From an uncultured candidatus Brocadiaceae bacterium (GTDB lineage: Bacteria; Planctomycetota; Brocadiia; Brocadiales; Brocadiaceae), in NCBI GenBank assembly GCA_964372185.1, contig CAYJPZ010000087.1, positions 1 to 16,231 of the forward strand: a stretch of 16,231 nt of DNA, given 5' to 3'. Within the stretch, counting starts at the first letter, position 1. Every line of letters starts with the position of its first letter. Positions 1 through 7,050 of this stretch are shown here, piece after piece. The notes below the pieces were generated by a model that did no database searches, was not told the origin of the DNA, and was given only the letters and a program-made list of their open reading frames with translations. The translations under genes were made by a program, and so were the position numbers.

Positions 1-224
1 CAATATATGCCACAACTCCATCCCATATCTCCCCGTCTTTTTCTTCCCCCTCATTTTCTTATCGAATGTCCTTTGGCTTTTGGGTTAATGAATCGAATTT
101 CAGGACTCTTTCCACCGGGATTCCCTTTATTTTCGCTTATTTTACCATTTTCAACGAAAATATTCAATCTCTTTACCCCACTATTTCCACCTGCTTTGCC
201 TTGTTTTACGCGGCTTTGGAGTGT

Positions 225-743
225 TTACGTCCAGACACTAAATCGATCATTAAGCTCAGGTGATAAACTTTCTCTGAACCTTTCTCTTCGCGAATTAATC
301 GGCTCAGTGTACTGGATGAGCGCATCAGCAACATTCCAAATAGTAAGGCAGAACTGACGTTCTATCCATATTCTTAAATAATGCTTCTGGAAATCTGCAA
401 ATGTAATATCTTTAATATTTGTATTCTGGAGATAATTCCTTGCACCTTTCTGGAGACCTTTTTGGGAAATTATATAGCCCATATTTGCGCCGACTTCGTG
501 CATTACTGTAGTAAACGCGTGGACAACGCTCTGTGGAATTGTATTTTTCCAATTCTTACATTCGACAACATATTGAATTGAATCAACACTGCCTGGATCC
601 ACCGCGAAAACATCAAGTGATATTGACCCTCTTGGAGTCGTGACTAATTTATTCTCTTCTGCGTGAAGCCCAATTTCTTTGAATATCTTACAAACACCAG
701 CTTGAAGAGTTTTCCAGTTTTTCGGTTCAGGATTTTCGATCAT
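225..743 (-). CDS. Small Mrr-like / PD-(D/E)xK restriction endonuclease-domain protein, second gene cassette ORF
   Basis: 172 aa ORF. The segment RGSISLDVFAVDPGSVDSIQYVVECKNWKNTIPQSVVHAFTTVMHEVGANMGYIISQKGLQKGARNYL has the D...ExK core followed by the helix and 'GYIIS..G...GA' pattern typical of Mrr catalytic domains. The ATG lies about 14-20 bp after the R' core of an attC site. Confidence 0.75.
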   Translation of the reverse strand: MIENPEPKNWKTLQAGVCKIFKEIGLHAEENKLVTTPRGSISLDVFAVDPGSVDSIQYVVECKNWKNTIPQSVVHAFTTVMHEVGANMGYIISQKGLQKGARNYLQNTNIKDITFADFQKHYLRIWIERQFCLTIWNVADALIQYTEPINSRRERFRESLSPELNDRFSVWT

Positions 744-756
744 ATTATTTTGCTAT

Positions 757-847
757 GCCCAACAACTCGGCTAACCTGCCGCGCCAAGGCGCTTGTTGCG
801 GTAGCGACCACGAGCTTCTCGCGGTCAGGTTGAGCCGATTGTTATGC
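757..847 (-). repeat. Integron attC recombination site (91 bp)
   Basis: Minus strand: GCATAACAATCGGCTCAACCTGACCGC...GCGCGGCAGGTTAGCCGAGTTGTTGGGC. R'' is GCATAAC and R' is GTTGGGC (RYYYAAC...GTTRRRY-like). The arms AACAA/TTGTT, TCGGCT/AGCCGA and AACCTG/CAGGTT pair and leave unpaired extrahelical bases. The stop codon of the upstream ORF lies inside R''. Confidence 0.85.
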
Positions 848-1456
848 GGCCTTTTCAATGCGTTTCAAATATTCATTGTAGTTTTTTCTGAGATTGGTCA
901 ATGAATTATGAACATCATCATCGAAGCCTGCTGGCCACCCGATACCTTTAATTTCGTCAGAAGATATCCCCTTGTCTCGCCATAAACTATGAAGACACTC
1001 AAATTGCGCTTGGTGCATCAAAAACATTCTGAAACTTTCAGGAAGTTCATCTTCTGAAATCAGGTATATTTTTGTTCGTATTAAATCAGCCATTTGTTTA
1101 TTAATAGGAAGAAAATAATTCTCGATAAAATAACGCCAGGTCTCTCCTTCTTCATCTGTAATTTTGTCTTTTGGTTTATCGCTAATATGCGGGAGTTTAC
1201 GTTTAGAAACATCGAATACAATTTTTGATTGCGCAATCAGGCCAAGCAAGGGGCTGTATAATTCTTCAATCTGACGTTGAATGTGATTTAGTGTAGTTTG
1301 ATCACGCAACGTCTCAAATTCTTTACGTAATGCTTGCTCGCCTTTGAATTTTTCTAATAATTTGCTTAAAAAATAACCGGCAACAGCAATCAACAGGCCG
1401 ATAATAATCTTATCGATTACCAAGATAAGCAATTCCTGAGAAAATGTCTTCGGCAT
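842..1456 (-). CDS. Hypothetical membrane-anchored protein, first gene cassette ORF
   Basis: 204 aa ORF with one N-terminal hydrophobic segment (LLILVIDKIIIGLLIAVAGYFLSKLL) followed by a charged/coiled-coil-like region. Its TAA stop overlaps attC R'' (GCATAAC). Confidence 0.75.
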   Translation of the reverse strand: MPKTFSQELLILVIDKIIIGLLIAVAGYFLSKLLEKFKGEQALRKEFETLRDQTTLNHIQRQIEELYSPLLGLIAQSKIVFDVSKRKLPHISDKPKDKITDEEGETWRYFIENYFLPINKQMADLIRTKIYLISEDELPESFRMFLMHQAQFECLHSLWRDKGISSDEIKGIGWPAGFDDDVHNSLTNLRKNYNEYLKRIEKAA

Positions 1457-1504
1457 GTTAGAAATTTTCCTCTACATATTGAATACTGACAGATGGATGC
1501 GTAC

Positions 1505-1511
1505 GCATAAC
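1505..1511 (-). other. Integron recombination core (attI-like / first cassette boundary), GTTATGC
   Basis: Minus-strand GTTATGC precedes the first cassette ORF and is the exact complement of the attC R'' GCATAAC at 841-847, as expected for the two ends of one circularisable cassette. Confidence 0.6.
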
Positions 1512-1553
1512 GGTTGGCTTCACCCGCCGCGCGGGTGCGGGAACCCGCCCTCG

Positions 1554-2180
1554 CTACGAGACCTCCTGAAAGCGGGTGGGGCCGCCGATTTGTGCGTGCG
1601 GAGCGCGATCGAGTGCGCCGGGCATTTGAACGTGTCCCCAGCCTTCGGCCAGGTCTTTCTCATGGATCGCCTTGCCTTTCTTGAGACACGCCTGAAGCGG
1701 TGCCTTGAGCGATTCCGGAAGCATGGTGATCCGGTCTTTCGCTCCCTTACCGTCGCGAATGAGTATCTCGTTCCGCGCAAAGTCAATATCCTGAACCCGC
1801 AGGCGCAGGCATTCCATTGGGCGCAGCCCCGCGCCGTACATAAGCGAGGCCATCAGCCGCTTGTCGTCCGAAAGGTTCGACAATACGGCTTTTACTTCAT
1901 CGCGGGTCATAACCACGGGCAGGCGTGTTGGCTTTCGGGCACGGATGATGTTACTGAGATCGCCGACTTCGCGACCAATCACGTGGCGATAGAGGAACAG
2001 TAAGGCTGAAAGTGCTTCACGAAGACGGTCCAGTAGTTTCGGCTTGTGACCCGTCTTTGAGGTATCTGCCGGACGTTCGTTAACACTGTCCGGGCTTGTT
2101 TTTATGGAGCGAGTTTGTTGCACAGGATACCCTCCTCTGCTGGCAAAGTCGAAGATTAGAGGATAGAAAATTACTTGCAT
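1554..2180 (-). pseudogene. intI: Integron integrase / tyrosine recombinase remnant (IntI-like)
   Basis: ALSALLFLYRHVIGREV...RLPVVMTRDEVKAVLSNL...LMASLMYGAGLRPMECLRLRVQDIDFARNEILIRDGKGAKDRITMLPESLKAPL...KDLAEGWGHVQMPGALDR matches the IntI family core, including the first catalytic Arg region (GLRPMECLRLR). The frame ends before the HxxR and catalytic Tyr motifs. The N-terminal core-binding domain is collapsed (KLLDRLRE joins directly to ALSALLFLYRHV). Confidence 0.8.
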
Positions 2181-2337
2181 TTTCCCTTAATGCTGTGCGA
2201 TAGTGAAACAAAAAACGAAAAAAATTGCAAGTATTTTTATTTTATCAGCCCTATTGAATACCCGGGAAAAGAGGAAGTGGATTGGGTGGATGAAACCTGA
2301 TTACTGACAACGTGTCCCTTCAAAAAAACGGGGAAAA

Positions 2338-4371
2338 CTACTTCTTCTCCACCTCGTCGGCTGCTATCGCTTCCAGCTCTGCGTGGATATCTTCCCACTC
2401 TTTATAGAGGGTGTTTAGTTCTTGTGTGACGGACTGGTACTGCTTGTTGACTTCAACGGCTTTCTCCTTATTGCTGTAAAGGGTGGTATCCAGGAGGACG
2501 TTGTCCAGTTCCTTTTTTTCGGCTTCCAGTGAAACGGTTCTTTCCTCGATGTTTTGCGCCTCTTTTGTGAGTTTTCGCTTGCGGGCGTTTTGGTCTTTTT
2601 TTTGAAGGTAAAGTTGCTTTTGCGAGAGGGATTCGTCTGTCTTTGCCGCTGGTGATACGATGTTCGGGGTGGTATTATCCCTGACGGACCTGGGTGTACC
2701 CGGCGTCCGTACGCCGGCAGGCTGGCTTGCCGCGCCTTTGTTGCTTCTCGTTTCGAGAGACATGCTTGCCGTTTTCGCGTCGAGGAATTCCCTGAAGCCA
2801 CTCAGGTGAACGTGGAGCCGATTGTCTTTTAGTTCGAAAACCTTTGTTACCAGGCCGTCAAGAAAGTCCCTGTCGTGCGATACAATCAGCAGGCTTCCTG
2901 CATAGTCCAGCAAGGCGGCCTTTAAAATCTTTTTCGTGGCAATGTCGATGTGATTGGTCGGTTCGTCGAGGAGGAGGAAATTGGTCGGTTTTAAGAGTAT
3001 CTTGGCAAGTGAGAGGCGCGACTTCTCGCCGCCGCTCAGAACGCTAACGGCCTTGAAGACGTCGTCTCCGCTGAACAAAAATGCGCCCAGGATGTGCCTT
3101 ACCTGCGGGATCATGGAAAATGGCGCGACTGACTCTACTTCCTGCAGCACGGTGTTGTTGTTATTAAGTTTTTCCGCATGTTCCTGCGCAAAATAGTCAA
3201 AAAGGACGTTATGCCCCAATTTGAGGGTACCTGAGCAGGGTTGTTCCAAACCGGCCAGGATGCGTGATAAGGTGGATTTCCCGGACCCATTTTGTCCTAC
3301 AAGGGCAATCTTTTCTCCCCGTTCAATCGAGAAGCATACGTTCCGGAAGATGAATCTGCCGTCGTATTGATGGGCAACGTCTTTAACGTCCAGGACGGTT
3401 ACGCCGCTTTGCTTCGATTCGCGAAACCTGAATTTTACCTGGGATTCGTCATTTTCAGGGAGTTCCTCCTTCTCCATTTTTTCAAGCATGTGGATGCGGC
3501 TTTGCACCTGCGATGCCTTTGTGTTCTTCGCCCTGAACCGCTCAATAAAGCGCTCCACTTCTTTAATCTTTTTCTGCTGGTTGGTGTAACGCGCCGTCTG
3601 GAGTTCTTTCCGGTTCTCCTTTTCAATTTCATAAAAGGAATAGTTTCCACTGTATTCAGTGACATTCCCCCTTTCCAATTCCCATATCTTGGTGACGTTC
3701 CGGTCGAGAAATGCCCTGTCGTGGGATATGAGGATCAGCCCCCCTTTGAATTCCTTGAGGTACGACTCGAGCCAGAGGATGGAATCAATATCAAGGTGGT
3801 TTGTCGGTTCATCTAAAAGGAGTAGATTCGGTTCCTGAAGGAGCAGCCGGGAAAGGGCAACGCGCATCTGCCAGCCTCCGCTCAATTCGCCGATGGCTTT
3901 TGTAAAGTCGGAGTCCCTGAATCCCATGCCCTTTAGCACCTTGCTCGTCTCCGCATCGACTTTGGAGCCGTTGACAACGTCCAGTTGATGCTGCAGGTGG
4001 GCATAGCGGTCCAGGAACAACTGGTGTTCTTCTTCGTCCAGTGACGGGTCTTCAAGTCGGGCGTGAATGGTATCGATTTGGCATTTAAGGTTAATAATGT
4101 CTTCAAAAGCAGAACGGGCTTCTTCAAAAACCGTCTTGTTTTTAAAGACAAAGCCTTCTTGCGGGAGATAGCCGACGTTGGTATCTTTTGCGGAGATAAT
4201 ACTGCCGCTATTCGGCTCGATACCTTTGCAAAGGAGTTTAAAAAGGGTTGATTTACCCGCGCCATTCTTGCCGATGAGGCCAATCCGGTCGCTTCTTCGA
4301 ATGTGCAGGGAGACGTCGTCGAATATGACGTCGCTGCCAAACGACAAGCAAATACTATTCAGACGAATCAT
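2338..4371 (-). CDS. ABC-F family ATP-binding protein (duplicated ABC ATPase domains, C-terminal coiled coil)
   Basis: 677 aa. Two Walker A motifs (GKNGAGKST, GQNGSGKST), two signature regions (LSGGWQMR, LSGGEKSR) and two Walker B motifs (LLLLDEPTNHLD, FLLLDEPTNHID). No TM domains; charged linker and C-terminal coiled coil. Confidence 0.95.
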   Translation of the reverse strand: MIRLNSICLSFGSDVIFDDVSLHIRRSDRIGLIGKNGAGKSTLFKLLCKGIEPNSGSIISAKDTNVGYLPQEGFVFKNKTVFEEARSAFEDIINLKCQIDTIHARLEDPSLDEEEHQLFLDRYAHLQHQLDVVNGSKVDAETSKVLKGMGFRDSDFTKAIGELSGGWQMRVALSRLLLQEPNLLLLDEPTNHLDIDSILWLESYLKEFKGGLILISHDRAFLDRNVTKIWELERGNVTEYSGNYSFYEIEKENRKELQTARYTNQQKKIKEVERFIERFRAKNTKASQVQSRIHMLEKMEKEELPENDESQVKFRFRESKQSGVTVLDVKDVAHQYDGRFIFRNVCFSIERGEKIALVGQNGSGKSTLSRILAGLEQPCSGTLKLGHNVLFDYFAQEHAEKLNNNNTVLQEVESVAPFSMIPQVRHILGAFLFSGDDVFKAVSVLSGGEKSRLSLAKILLKPTNFLLLDEPTNHIDIATKKILKAALLDYAGSLLIVSHDRDFLDGLVTKVFELKDNRLHVHLSGFREFLDAKTASMSLETRSNKGAASQPAGVRTPGTPRSVRDNTTPNIVSPAAKTDESLSQKQLYLQKKDQNARKRKLTKEAQNIEERTVSLEAEKKELDNVLLDTTLYSNKEKAVEVNKQYQSVTQELNTLYKEWEDIHAELEAIAADEVEKK

Positions 4372-4522
4372 GTTGTTCTACCGTAGTCAGTCTCACAGCA
4401 TTCATTTCAAAACACACTTTACACAATTCAGAGGCACAAGCCACTTCTCCCTGGGGTTTGACACAATATAACCTAACGCGGCACAGCCGCAACCAAACTT
4501 CCTCCTCCACATACATACGGTG

Positions 4523-4759
4523 CTAGGGATTGTTTGACTGCCACTTCCGCGCTATTTTTATGAGTTCATCCTTCGACATTGCAACTGCTTTTCTGTTTTG
4601 TTCCTGTATTTTTTCAAAGATTTCTTCCCGATGCACCTTGACTTCCTTTGGCGCTACAATGCCGAGCTTAACTTGTTTATTCTGGCATTCAAGGATGGTA
4701 ATCTTTATTTCATTCCCAATAGTTATGCTTTCTCCCTGTTTTCTGGTCAATATCAGCAT
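4523..4759 (-). CDS. csrA: Carbon storage regulator CsrA
   Basis: 78 aa, [55 protein letters not shown], canonical CsrA throughout. Confidence 0.97.
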   Translation of the reverse strand: MLILTRKQGESITIGNEIKITILECQNKQVKLGIVAPKEVKVHREEIFEKIQEQNRKAVAMSKDELIKIARKWQSNNP

Positions 4760-4930
4760 GGTCTTCCTTTAAAAAAACAACGATTCCGCCGCATTTAAGT
4801 AAGTCCTGAAACACAACCCCTCTGTCCCCATTTTCTAAAAGGAAGTATTAACGTTCTTTTTAAAAAATGAGGGTTCAGGGGGATGTTATCGGCCATTGCC
4901 TATACAACGCAAACTGTCACAATAAAGCGA

Positions 4931-5884
4931 TTACTTCTTAACGGACTTCTTAACAAATGGATGGTTTAGTGTATACTGTTTCCCTTCCAACACATATTGT
5001 TTTCCTACCCTGCTTTGCTGATTAATAAGGATCGGACCCTTCAAATTCACTGTGGCATTTTCCGGCTTATTGCCCAACGTAACGGTACAAAGTGTCTCCA
5101 CGCTTTTTTTGTCTTTTGCCCCTATCGCGGAAATATCTTGTATCTGTTGTGCCGGGTTGTAATCCGCAAAAAACGGCGTCGGGTTAACTATGGGGAACGT
5201 GACGTCCGGATTTTCCACAGAAACCAGCCATTCAAAAGGACGCCATTCTTCGATATTGAGGATGACAAACTCTCGTAACTCTTCAAATCCCATCAAACCG
5301 TCTTTAAAGGTGATAATGTTTTCTTTTTTAACGAGGAGTTCTCCCAGTTTGGAGCTGGATATCTTTACGCTGTCGCTCCCGCAACTGCTTTTTCCGCCGG
5401 ACGTTTTAACAAATGGATGGCTGAGCGAAAATACCCCTTCCAATACGTATTGTTTTCCTGTCTTGTTTTGCGTGTTGATAAGAATAGGCCCCTTCAGGTT
5501 CACCGTGGCGTTTTCCGGATTTACGCCTAAGGTTACGGTACAAAAGGTCTCAACGCCTTTCTTGTCTTTTGCCCCTATGGCAGAAAAATCTTCTATCTGT
5601 TGCATCGGGCTGTAGTCATTAAAAAACGGCGTCGGGTTGACTATGGGGAACGTAACGTCCGGATTTTCCACAGAAACCAGCCATTCAAAAGGATGCCATT
5701 CTTCGATGTTGAGGATGACAAACTCTCGTAAGTCTTCAAATCCCAATAGGCCGTCTTTAAAGGTGATAATGTTTTCTTTTTTAATGAGGACTTCACCTAA
5801 TTTAGGGGCTGATAGATTTGACCCTCCACTTCCACAACCTGCTTTTCCTTTTCCTGCCGGTTGACACGATCCCATTCCTGTCAT
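4931..5884 (-). CDS. fliW: Tandem FliW-FliW fusion (flagellar assembly factor / CsrA antagonist family)
   Basis: 317 aa with two near-identical FliW domains: KENIITFKDGLLGFEDLREFVILNIEEWHPFEWLVSVENPDVTFPIVNPTPFF... and KENIITFKDGLMGFEELREFVILNIEEWRPFEWLVSVENPDVTFPIVNPTPFF..., with a DNA repeat period of 453 bp (for example 5221 versus 5674). Confidence 0.93.
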   Translation of the reverse strand: MTGMGSCQPAGKGKAGCGSGGSNLSAPKLGEVLIKKENIITFKDGLLGFEDLREFVILNIEEWHPFEWLVSVENPDVTFPIVNPTPFFNDYSPMQQIEDFSAIGAKDKKGVETFCTVTLGVNPENATVNLKGPILINTQNKTGKQYVLEGVFSLSHPFVKTSGGKSSCGSDSVKISSSKLGELLVKKENIITFKDGLMGFEELREFVILNIEEWRPFEWLVSVENPDVTFPIVNPTPFFADYNPAQQIQDISAIGAKDKKSVETLCTVTLGNKPENATVNLKGPILINQQSRVGKQYVLEGKQYTLNHPFVKKSVKK

Positions 5885-6222
5885 AATCCACCTCTTTCTT
5901 TAAAAGGTTCAATGCCGCTGGATATAAATTACACGGGGCTAAGCGCACCAAGTGCAAACAATGAAAACACTCGGTATCGAACGATTGCTCTATTATTCCA
6001 TTCCGCGTTGATAACAGTTTACCTGGTATACCTTTTTTAAAAAAACGCAAAACAGTATATCGTTTTTCTCGTATATTTACAAACTTATTGTTATTGAGAA
6101 CGGTAATAATCTTTTCGACGCCGAAGGCCTTTCGTTACCCCATTCTTCTCAATAACGCGCTACCTGAAAATCCTTTTCCGAAACGCTGTTATACTCGCCG
6201 GTGTCCGCATGATATCAGTCGA

Positions 6223-6702
6223 CTACTTCTTAACAAGCGGGTGATTTAGGCTGTAATAGTCCTCCAGCAACACGAATTGCTTTCCTAATTTATTTTGCGT
6301 GTTAATAAGGATAGGCCCCTTGAGGTTTACCGTGGCATTTTCCGGCTTGTCGCCTAACGTGACGATGCAAAACGTTTCAATACATTTGGGGTCTTTTGTT
6401 TCTAATGCGGCAAGGTCTTCGATTTGCTGCATCGGCTGGTAATCCGTAAAAAAGGGTATTGGATTAATAACGGGGAAGGTAATTTCGGGGTTTTCCACGG
6501 AGACTAACCATTCAAAGGGGCGGCACTCTTCGATGTTAATAATGACAAACTCTTTTAAATTTTCAAATCCAAACAGCCCCTCTTTAAAAATAATAATATT
6601 TTCTTTATTAATGAATAAGTCGCCTAATTTTTGGGTTGATATATTCAGGCTGCTGCTTCCACAACCTTTTTCTTCCGGTTGACATGATCCCTTACCTGTC
6701 AT
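6223..6702 (-). CDS. fliW: FliW-family protein (single domain)
   Basis: 159 aa, KENIIIFKEGLFGFENLKEFVIINIEECRPFEWLVSVENPEITFPVINPIPFFTDYQPMQQIEDL... Paralogue of the adjacent fusion. Confidence 0.92.
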   Translation of the reverse strand: MTGKGSCQPEEKGCGSSSLNISTQKLGDLFINKENIIIFKEGLFGFENLKEFVIINIEECRPFEWLVSVENPEITFPVINPIPFFTDYQPMQQIEDLAALETKDPKCIETFCIVTLGDKPENATVNLKGPILINTQNKLGKQFVLLEDYYSLNHPLVKK

Positions 6703-6983
6703 GGTGTACCTCTTTCTTTGAAAGGTTTGATACTGTCGGATAAAAATTACACGTGGGCAAAACGCACCCGACGCCGAATGTGGTGAGAATGGTAAGTTTT
6801 GAGCTTATGAACAGACCCTGTTTGTTCCTGCAACCCCTAAATCCGCTCAAACACAATTGTTTTGCTAAAAAATGTCATAGCAGTTAATGAGACAATAAGA
6901 TGTATATCGGATGTTTCTTTCAAAAAGTTAAATTGATGTTCTGTAATAAATCAGGCCTTTCGGCGCCTTTTTTATATTCACAC

Positions 6984-7011
6984 GTAGGGACACGGCGCGC
7001 CGTGTCCCTAC
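6984..7011. repeat. Perfect 28-bp palindrome (REP-like or terminator-like)
   Basis: GTAGGGACACGGCGCGCCGTGTCCCTAC is identical to its reverse complement. It sits about 40 bp downstream of the M20 gene stop. Confidence 0.85.
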
Positions 7012-7050
7012 TTTGAATTTCCTATACGTTTAAATTACCTCTAACCTGCA

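Noticed and set aside
7-357. Plus-strand ORF of 116 aa
   Set aside because: Low-complexity Pro/Phe/Leu-rich translation. Its 3' part is antisense to the convincing Mrr-like cassette ORF, and there is no recognisable domain.
1455-2003. Plus-strand ORF of 182 aa over the integrase remnant
   Set aside because: Antisense to a sequence with clear tyrosine recombinase similarity. The translation shows no family features.
3292-3816. Plus-strand ORF of 174 aa
   Set aside because: Lies entirely antisense to the ABC-F ATPase gene; a shadow ORF.
5190-5615. Plus-strand ORFs (4997-5278, 5190-5615, 5637-5864) over the FliW fusion
   Set aside because: Antisense shadows of the duplicated FliW domains. The repeated 'MGNVTSGFSTETSHSKG' merely mirrors the internal repeat.
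5802-6050. 82-aa minus-strand ORF overlapping the fusion gene 5' end
   Set aside because: No domain, and it overlaps the duplicated leader region of fliW; more likely non-coding.
6950-6980. Possible rho-independent terminator (aggcctttcggcgcctttttt) on the plus strand
   Set aside because: The stem is only about 4 bp with a bulge and there is no plus-strand gene upstream; too weak to report as a feature.
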